Shown one piece after another: positions 56,383-64,000 of a DNA stretch of 64,000 nucleotides. The DNA comes from a virus. Every line of letters begins with the position of its first letter. Positions within the stretch are counted from its first letter, which is position 1. A program made the translations under genes and the position numbers. The DNA lies in the IMG/VR virus record IMGVR_UViG_3300037313_000284, positions 64,001 to 128,000 of that record; one strand, given 5' to 3'. Under the pieces are notes generated by a model that did not search any database, was not told the DNA's origin, and worked only from the letters and a program-made list of their open reading frames with translations.

Positions 56383-59300
56383 TTAACTCCTCGGTGTGAC
56401 GACGTTGCCATAAGTAGTGCGGAACCGAGTTACCGTAGTAACTCTGCGTACTACGATTGCACCCCCACCTAAGCGCATGACACTACGATTATAGTCTGCA
56501 ATTTGTTGCGCCCTAACTTCGGTCTTGTGATGCGACCGCAGCCGCCACTTCACGATCTGGAGCACATCGCGTTCGAAAACGCCCCATTTATGGTAGCCCC
56601 TCATTTACTAACCTTCCCTTTGTTTGCTTTGGCTACAACGTACAGTGCTTTCATTTCCTTGCGGATAGTACGTAGCTGTAGCAATTCCGCTTTGAGTGCA
56701 ATCCTGCGGCGGCGAATCTCTTCATTAATAGCGCCAACGTCGTAACGTCTGCCGCTTCGGCCTGCGACTCTCGCCTGTAGACCTAACGTTTGCGTGTCCC
56801 ATTCGCGCATCATGGGAACAGGAGGCACTGCCATTATCGCAACCACCATTTCAAATGCGGCACGGACTCGAACGGAATTACGAAATACCGATTGGTATTA
56901 GTATCGTGAAAAGCCCGCGTAGTGCCGTTGCGATCTTGATAAGGGAATACCCCGGCGACTTCGGTGTCCATACTAACTGGATCACGACCCTCCCCGTACA
57001 GCAGTTCTATAGCGCGATTGAACTCCGCCTCTGTCACTTGAACCGGAATGACCATTAGTAATCTCCCTGTTAGCCTCTTCCTTTTGAGACCACAACGTAA
57101 CAACCGCCGTGCTTCGCTAGATACACACTGATCGATTGTAGCGGGTCCAAATCATTCGGCACCTGTGGGTCTTTATTGGGTATCCACAAATATAGATCAC
57201 CGTGACCACTATCGATCATATCGCCCAAAGCTGCGTGCAGGGTCTTAACGTTTACTAAGTCTTCCCCCGCAATTGTCTCAAGATCGAACGTTATGATCGG
57301 CATAGGCTCCGACATTCATTAACTCCTAGCGAACAGAGGTGTTGGTGAGAAATCGGTCAGGTCATAGACCGATAGGCCGCGCACGTCGTAGCCCATATCG
57401 CGCTCGCTATAGGAGATACCAATGTCTCCCATGTTCGACGCCAAGGTCATCCGACACGCCTTGCCATTATACCTCGCATACGTCTTCACGTCCACTTTGG
57501 CCTCTCGGAGGATCATCCCCTCGGTAGCAGGCAAAGTGAGGATTACTAACGTAGCGCGAACGAAGGCTGGCAGACTATAATCGTGCATAGCGTGTTCAAT
57601 GCTATGTTTGTATTCGTTGTACGGCGCGTTCGCGAAACTTTCGGTTACTAACTTAGTTGTGTCTTCATCTTGTTTAAGTCGTTCGCGCGCTTGTACTGGT
57701 GTCATGGCTGCGGCACCAGCCGCACTGGCGAGCAAAAGACGCTTTAGGCGATTGCGTTCGCGATCATCCATATTAGTAATCCTTCCACTTGTCCCACTCA
57801 ATGCGGGCGGCTTCTTCGGTGTCGAAGCGTTTTGTCCAACGATGCTCATCCTGTGGGTCGTAGTTGGTGACTACAAATTGCGGCGGACGCTCAGAGGTTT
57901 GCGAAATTACTAATGTGTCACCATTCTTGAGTTTGAGTTCCTCGATTTCGCGATATGCCATGTTAATAGTCCTCCGGTCGGTCGAAGAGCCCGTTACGAA
58001 CGTCCTCCCAATATAGCTTGCAGTGAAGGCAGTAGCGTTCGTCTGGCTCAGTCATCGTGTCACAAGTTTCACACGTCCATGTACGTACTTCTGCGGCTTC
58101 GATTTCAGCTTCTCGCACAGAGATTTTCATACGATTTTCTTCTTAATAATTGCGCTGTCGAACTGTCGATAACCGAGAACGAAATTCACGATGAGTTCGT
58201 TCGGTTCGACACTGTGGCTGGGGTAGTTCACAGCCACATGTTCACGTAAAATTTGCGCAACCTGTTCGCGAGTTAGATGTATGGGTTCCATGTTATTAAT
58301 CATCCTCTTTGATAGTGCGGAACGATAGGGATACCGGCTTCATCACCTTGAAGCGAACGTAACCGCTTTCGTCTTCGCAGATTGCAGGATACGCTGGATG
58401 AAATAGTAACAGGGCGGTTTTATCTTGTGATCCTTTGGCGGTGAAGGTTGTCTTCGTGACGATCACCATACCGCATGTGCCGTCCTGCGCTTCTACCATT
58501 GTTCCAGGCATTAGTTTCAGCACGTCCGCTAGGCTGATTTCATCCCGGTAATCCAGCGAAAAATAATACTTCATCATATTACTAACCCCCTTCTAAATAT
58601 GGGAACGAATGAAATCTCGGTAGGTTTTCAGTTCAGTGTGAAATGCCACTGCGTTTTCCTTGTAGTAGAAAAATCGGGCAACAACACCGTCGTTAGTAAT
58701 ATTTTTCGGGAAATCGCGGCCTTCAGTTTGGAACCCGACGTTACCGCTGCGGTCATACCACCCGTCGACGTTTGCGTCGTACGTGAGTTTATAGACCGGA
58801 TGCAGTCCTATCAAATTGTACTGCACCAACCACACGACAGGTTCCGGGTCTACAGTTCTGTTTAGCTTTTTAACCATGTTGGTCTCCACTTATTAAATGT
58901 ATGTAGAGCACACGTCGCCACAGGTCTTCGCGCATGCGCGGCCAACCGGTGAACGAATGACATTCCTGCATCATGCGTGGCGCAATGCGAGTGACCCACC
59001 ACGCACGTTTCCCGTCATCAACCGGAACACTCTTCACACGGTCGATGAATTCCTTAAGCGTGCTGTTGCAGAATGGTCTTAGTAATTTCAAGTCTTTTGT
59101 CGTGGACACCTTCTCGATCCAAGGTCGAAACAAGGCGTCGAGTTCGGCGTCAGTCACGTTACTAATCCTTCTTAGCGCGATTGAATCTGCGCACCCTAGT
59201 AATCAAAGCCAGGACGTCATTAAGCACCCAGGCGTTTGGCGTAAAACCCGGAGAGGACTGCACGACACTGTAAGAGGCCGTGGTACGGGCAGGCGACTGC

Positions 59301-60366
59301 TTCTTACTAATCACGATGTATGATTCATCTGCGAACGTAATCATCCATTGCGGTTCGTCGCCGGGCAATTGCTCAACGTTATTGATAACATAACCACACG
59401 CATTGAGCACGTGCTTGACGTACGGGTCAATGGCTATTGTCTCCATGGGCCTATTCTCCAATGTCCGGTAAATGGTCAACATCCGAGACCAAAATTTTTG
59501 CAATCATGCGGCGTAATGTAACTTAACGCTAGTAGTTGCAGGTACACTGCGACGGCTTTATTCATTTCAGTAAAGTTAGCGGTGTATGCGCCTCCGGTGT
59601 CGCACACGCCGATGCTCCAACGCCTGACCACGCCGAACGACCGTGATATCTCCCGAAGGTAGACAAGCTTAATATCCGTCTTACTATCCGTCGAAACAAA
59701 CCCGCGACAAGGCTTATAGCAGGATAGCGAAAGGCCAGGGATTTCGTCTACCCACGGAAGCTTGAGCATCAAGTCCATGTTATTAATCCTTATTGTCGAA
59801 AAGGCCGGTGCGTTGAAACTTACGCTGGAACTCGATTTCAGCTTCAATTGCTTTGACGGTGTTTACCAACCCCTCGGCTGCCACTTCCGCACGGAACGCT
59901 TCGGCGGTGGCGAACCAATGATCGTACCACGGTTGGTAGTTGGGCTTAACGAGGGTATCGAAATCGAATGACTTCGAAGCGCGCTCGGTGATCATTGTTA
60001 GTAAGAGTGCCATGTTGTCTATTCTCCGAAAGGGATGAGCGGTAAGGCGTCGCCAAAGGCGTACCAGCGGAAATAGTCCGGGTGTTTACTAATAACCTTC
60101 TGCCGCAACTTGTCCGCGTCTAGCTTCATAGCGGACGGATCAAGCAAATGGTCATAGCGCATCAGCGCGGCTTCGATCTGTGCAGGCGTGCCCTTCCAAG
60201 CGACGTAACCAAAGGTTTCAGCCACCTCGCGATAAACCGGAAACGCGACCCGACAAATCTTAACAATTCGATCAGGCTGCTTAGGAAGTGGAGCCCGAAT
60301 GTCGAACCAATAAACTTCCGTTGGGGTGCTGACCTTGCTCGCTTCCGCAATAGCGTCTTCGAACAT
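56383..60366 (-). other. Array of ~14 small, translationally coupled hypothetical genes
   Basis: 56383-56604, 56601-56834, 56834-57055, 57070-57315, 57319-57771, 57773-57961, 57963-58130 (Zn ribbon), 58127-58291, 58296-58577, 58593-58877, 58870-59157, 59162-59503, 59476-59778, 59783-60013, 60019-60366; abutting or overlapping, many with SD plus TTANTAA spacer. Confidence 0.6.
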
Positions 60367-60370
60367 GTTA

Positions 60371-60733
60371 TTAATCCTTGTGTAGCTGTGCATAACGCTT
60401 CACAGTCGCAGTCGAAATATCGAAATGCGAAGCGGTTTGCCGAATGGTGGCGTTGTTATTTCGACGCCATTGCACCACACTTTGCGGATCAACCGCCACA
60501 GGACGTCCGGTAGGCTTAGACGCGTAGGGACCACGTGGCCCACGCACCTTGGGAGGCACCGTAGACGTTAGTAAAAACGGCAACAGTGCGGCGATCAAAT
60601 CGTAAAGCAATCGATGCGGCTTATCGCTCCATTCCGCAGCTAGCGGCCCTTCACCGGACGGTGCTAGCCAATAAGCCTCAAGAGGATGTTCTAGCTTGCG
60701 CGGTGTAATAACGTTCCGCAGGTTTTCATTCAT
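60371..60733 (-). CDS. C-terminal HTH protein
   Basis: TIRQTASHFDISTATVKRY. Confidence 0.7.
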   Translation of the reverse strand: MNENLRNVITPRKLEHPLEAYWLAPSGEGPLAAEWSDKPHRLLYDLIAALLPFLLTSTVPPKVRGPRGPYASKPTGRPVAVDPQSVVQWRRNNNATIRQTASHFDISTATVKRYAQLHKD

Positions 60734-60955
60734 ACTATTATCCCTAATAGCAATGAGGACAGAGGCCGTCAGTCAACCAAGGCGTCGAAGTCCACGTGCG
60801 GCAATCACGACAGGGTTGCTTAGGATATTTGCGAACGCGGCAACGTCGATAAGCGGTGTATGCCTCGATACGTCCTATGATGACCATGCGATAAAGCGAT
60901 TTGCCTCGCATCTTGCGCCGATGGCGATTATTAGCTGTACGAAGCCGCATGTTTG

Positions 60956-61342
60956 TTAAACCTCTATCGGTTCCCAATCGGGAATGGGCGGAAGGATGAT
61001 GCCTTCGGAGAGTTCAATTGTCTGACGCAGGTTAATGATTGCTTCTTCGTTACGGAAGCGCTCCCACTCCACAGCGTCTTCTAAGTAGCAGCGGACCACA
61101 TCGACATAAATGTTCCACGCCATAAGCGTGTTGAACGAATAGACGACAGCGATCACCTTGGCATTAACGGTCCATGCAATCCCGGTAAGATTAGCGGGCA
61201 ACAAAGCTTGCAACTCCGCGATCTGTATAGGATTCATTTTAGGCCAGCCATTATGCCCGAGAATCGCAACGCAATAGCCGTGGTTGCGCACGTTGTCAGT
61301 AACGACTTTGGCGCAGCGCTTCTTTCTAAGCCAAAAGAACAT
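60956..61342 (-). CDS. Hypothetical protein, paralogue A
   Basis: Aligns with 61372-61752. Confidence 0.75.
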   Translation of the reverse strand: MFFWLRKKRCAKVVTDNVRNHGYCVAILGHNGWPKMNPIQIAELQALLPANLTGIAWTVNAKVIAVVYSFNTLMAWNIYVDVVRCYLEDAVEWERFRNEEAIINLRQTIELSEGIILPPIPDWEPIEV

Positions 61343-61371
61343 GTTATTATAACTCCAACTAGGCTAAGGGA

Positions 61372-61752
61372 TTACGTAGGCTTCCATTCAGGCATCGGCG
61401 GTAGGATAATACCTTTCTCCTTCTCCAAGGCTGCACGCATGCCTAACACTTGCTCACTTTTGCACCAGTTATCCCATTCTTCAGCGTTGCCTATGGAGCA
61501 CATTATTACCTCTACGTAGGTGTTCCACGCGAGCAAGGCGTTAAACGAGAACACCATGGCGGAGATTCTATTAACGGTAGCGTCTAACCACGCGATACCT
61601 GTCAAATCATCAGGCAGAGCGCCTTGCAGCTTCTCCAGGTTTTTGCCATTGAGCTTAGGGTAACCACCTTGCCCAGGGATCATGATGCAGAAGCCTCGGG
61701 CTTCGACGTGCATGAGGATGCTTTTGGCAACCTTTTGCCTATTAAACAGCAT
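61372..61752 (-). CDS. Hypothetical protein, paralogue B
   Basis: Shared LTGIAW, SFNxLxAWNxYV, GIILPPxPxW. Confidence 0.75.
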   Translation of the reverse strand: MLFNRQKVAKSILMHVEARGFCIMIPGQGGYPKLNGKNLEKLQGALPDDLTGIAWLDATVNRISAMVFSFNALLAWNTYVEVIMCSIGNAEEWDNWCKSEQVLGMRAALEKEKGIILPPMPEWKPT

Positions 61753-61770
61753 TCTAGTAACTCCTACCTT

Positions 61771-61992
61771 CTACAGCCGCGCTCGACGTCGTGGCGCTTG
61801 CTTGGAGCCCATACGTTGGTTGATGTAGCTATCCACGTCACTAATCCCGCGCGCTTCCAGCGCCTCGTCGATTAACTCGGCAACGAGTGTGCTACGAGAA
61901 CCTTTGTATTCGTGAAAAGCGACCACGCGTAGCAGTTCCGCCTTCTCCGACGGGACGTACGTCGTAAGTAGCGTTCGATTTGATTCAGGCAT
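61771..61992 (-). CDS. Ribbon-helix-helix DNA-binding protein
   Basis: LTTYVP..AELLRVVA..SRSTLVAELIDEAL. Confidence 0.6.
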   Translation of the reverse strand: MPESNRTLLTTYVPSEKAELLRVVAFHEYKGSRSTLVAELIDEALEARGISDVDSYINQRMGSKQAPRRRARL

Positions 61993-61995
61993 TAT

Positions 61996-62208
61996 TTAAT
62001 CTCCGCTGTGCAGTTGCAGATTGAGGAAGCGCCGCACTACTAACTGCATGAGTGCTATTGGCTCGACACCTTGTCTGAGGGCATCGGTCATACATCGATC
62101 CCAGCGTGCACCATGACGTTGCTCATAGGCGTCCTCGTAGGCGAGCAACTCTAACGTCGTTAGTATCTTACGACACTCTCGGACGTTCCCTTGAATTGAG
62201 CGTTGCAT
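61996..62208 (-). CDS. Hypothetical protein
   Basis: Start refined to MQRSIQ. Confidence 0.5.
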   Translation of the reverse strand: MQRSIQGNVRECRKILTTLELLAYEDAYEQRHGARWDRCMTDALRQGVEPIALMQLVVRRFLNLQLHSGD

Positions 62209-62459
62209 GTTATTAATCAACGTGCTGTTGACGAAAGGCCTCACGGCCCATGCGTGGTTCGAACCGACGACGGTAACCCTTGCGGCTCCTAAATGGGTAA
62301 GGCCGCCATTTGCCGTGAGGCGTAAAACCTTGTGTCAGGTATACACGGCAAGGTTCGCGCATATCCTCGGGTGTAAAGACACATATAACCTGCGTCTTGA
62401 CGTGACGATTGCGGCGTCGATTATTAGTAGTACGTTTGCGCATGATGTTAACCCCTAAG

Positions 62460-62835
62460 AGTAGAAGCGGAAACAATAGTGGAAGTTGTGCAGAATGGGA
62501 GTGGAAGCGGAAACACTTCGCGTGTTAAATGGGATAGGAAATTATAAGGTGGTTCTAGCACACCCCCAAAATTCTGCAAATGACCCCCCAAAATTATACA
62601 AAATTGGAGTGTTAGTGTTAACTGTTAGATTTGGGGCAGATTCACCGAATTGTAACATGGACACCGTGTAGAGGCAAATGGAGGCCTGATAGAGGCGTGT
62701 GGAGAGGAAGTAGGGCGGAGAGGGGCTGTTTTACCGTGTAGCGTGCTGTGGGTGTATGAAATTGGCGTGTGGGGCGCTGTTTTGAGTGAGGGGCTGTTTA
62801 GGGTGGTAAAACTAAGGCAGTTGGAAGTGTGTTAC
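62460..62835. other. Non-coding, G-skewed region with short direct repeats (origin/pac-like candidate)
   Basis: GAAGCGGAAACA x2, CCCCAAAATT x2, ACCGTGTAG x2, GAGGGGCTGTTT x2. Confidence 0.35.
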
Positions 62836-62889
62836 TAGGGTGTACCGAGTTGCTCACCATGGCTCCGAATGGTTAGAGCGACCATAAAA

Positions 62890-62923
62890 CAAAAATGCCT
62901 CCCTAACGTGTTATTAGGGAGGC
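62890..62923 (-). terminator. Intrinsic terminator
   Basis: GCCTCCCTAA..TTAGGGAGGC plus T tract. Confidence 0.7.
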
Positions 62924-62983
62924 CGTGGTAGAGTAGAACGGAAACAGCTTGACCATAGGCCTCGCTGGGGGAAAAGTTATAAT

Positions 62984-63367
62984 TCAAACTAGGTCGCAAG
63001 CCACCGAACACGTGTCGATAGGCATAGCCCGTCGCCAATCCGGAATGACGTTGTGGCAAACACGGCAACTACTAGGCGTCCCCGGAGCGAAGGTGTTATA
63101 AACGTAATCGTCTTCGCAAGGCGCAAAACGAACCGGGGACGCTGCTACCGGAGCAGGAATGATAGGTGCGTTAGGTGCTTCGCATTCAACGTTAGTCATT
63201 ACGCTGATAGCGCCATCCGCTGCACGATTGATTTGATTGCAATAGGGGCAAATCCCGTCCTGTTCGGTATCCGGCGCTACACGCCATTTACTAGGATCGG
63301 TAATCTTAGCGCAATGCTTACATTGCAGCATGAGTCTGAGTTCTGCGGTCACTGTCCATGGCTCCAA
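62984..63367 (-). CDS. Zn-finger hypothetical protein
   Basis: CKHC, CPYC, CRVC, CSVAC. Confidence 0.65.
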   Translation of the reverse strand: MEPWTVTAELRLMLQCKHCAKITDPSKWRVAPDTEQDGICPYCNQINRAADGAISVMTNVECEAPNAPIIPAPVAASPVRFAPCEDDYVYNTFAPGTPSSCRVCHNVIPDWRRAMPIDTCSVACDLV

Positions 63368-63468
63368 AACAGATGCGTCGAATGGCCTCCCCGATGCGTT
63401 TGCGTAACGAATAATTACATCGGGGAGAGGGTGAAATGGTGAGACGGTACTTATGACGTGCTGGCCGA

Positions 63469-63831
63469 TTAACTTCTCAACCGCAGGAAATCAAACCACG
63501 GTTTAGAGAACGCGTACTTCACGTGCGCACGATCCAGAATAACATCTGCATCTAGCCCGTACTGTTCAATCAGCTTCATGAACTTGCCGATCACATCGCC
63601 CATTTCAGCTTCAAGCTTTGCACGGTTCGTTACGCCGTTAATAGGATCGGCGGGATCGCGCTCATCGATACCTTGGATTAATGACCGCGCTATCACATTG
63701 CCTACACGCGACAGAATTTCGATTGTCTCGAAAATTTCTTCTAGGTTCTTGCCGAGGACGCCCGTGTCTTCTGGTGTAGCCATCGGCTCCCACATCGAAG
63801 CAACTTGCTTCTTAGCAGCTTCCGTATCCAT
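63469..63831 (-). CDS. MazG-like NTP pyrophosphohydrolase
   Basis: LEEIFE...LEAEMGDV acidic motifs. Confidence 0.6.
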   Translation of the reverse strand: MDTEAAKKQVASMWEPMATPEDTGVLGKNLEEIFETIEILSRVGNVIARSLIQGIDERDPADPINGVTNRAKLEAEMGDVIGKFMKLIEQYGLDADVILDRAHVKYAFSKPWFDFLRLRS

Positions 63832-63862
63832 TTAGTAAGTTTCCCTTTTTAGATGCCGCGTA

Positions 63863-63891
63863 ATATTACCATGTCGGCCGCATCTGGTCAA
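63863..63891 (-). promoter_or_regulatory. sigma70 promoter
   Basis: TTGACC-N17-TAATAT. Confidence 0.7.
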
Positions 63892-64000
63892 ACGACGCCC
63901 AAATTCGAACGGTTTAAGTTTGTTTGAATTTGCGTAGTCAGACTACGCATTCTAGCTGATTGTCAAACCACAGGCCGCGCGGCCCGCCAGATGGCTTCCA

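Noticed and set aside
62835-63068. 77-aa minus-strand ORF
   Set aside because: Overlaps the Zn-finger gene, runs through a terminator hairpin and lacks an SD
1-64000. TAG stop-codon recoding suggested by abundant TAG/CTA
   Set aside because: Long genes are intact in code 11, and TAG ends genes directly before terminators (e.g. Ubl GGC GGC TAG)

Overview
Fragment of a large (jumbo-type) tailed dsDNA phage genome, almost entirely on the minus strand, standard genetic code. The host is probably an alphaproteobacterium (Caulobacterales-like): there are two PEPxxWA-CTERM proteins, a GcrA C-terminal-domain protein, and TTG-N17/18-(GC)TA promoters. The left ~35 kb is a late/virion-type region: NAD-dependent ligase, portal, a 1910-aa SNF2-like helicase, histone H1-like proteins, a stand-alone class III nucleotidyl cyclase, a RuvC-like resolvase, a cadherin/FN3 fibre and a SprT-Acb1 polyprotein, with a shared TAATTTA promoter-like motif. 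35-43 kb holds replication and modification genes (primase, Mre11/SbcD-like nuclease, beta-class MTase). 43-64 kb is a modular early region of terminator-promoter cassettes. The best candidate for a novel system is a self-contained three-gene operon at 45174-47839 encoding an E2-like protein, an E1/ThiF enzyme and a ubiquitin-like protein ending in Gly-Gly, i.e. a phage-encoded ubiquitin-like conjugation system. Other signals: a putative ~220-nt structured ncRNA, RBS-sequestering leaders on both H1-like genes, a recurrent E-[TVI]-[AS]-A putative maturation motif, and strong enrichment of the palindrome YTANTAR. All family calls come from motif recognition by eye; no database searches were run.
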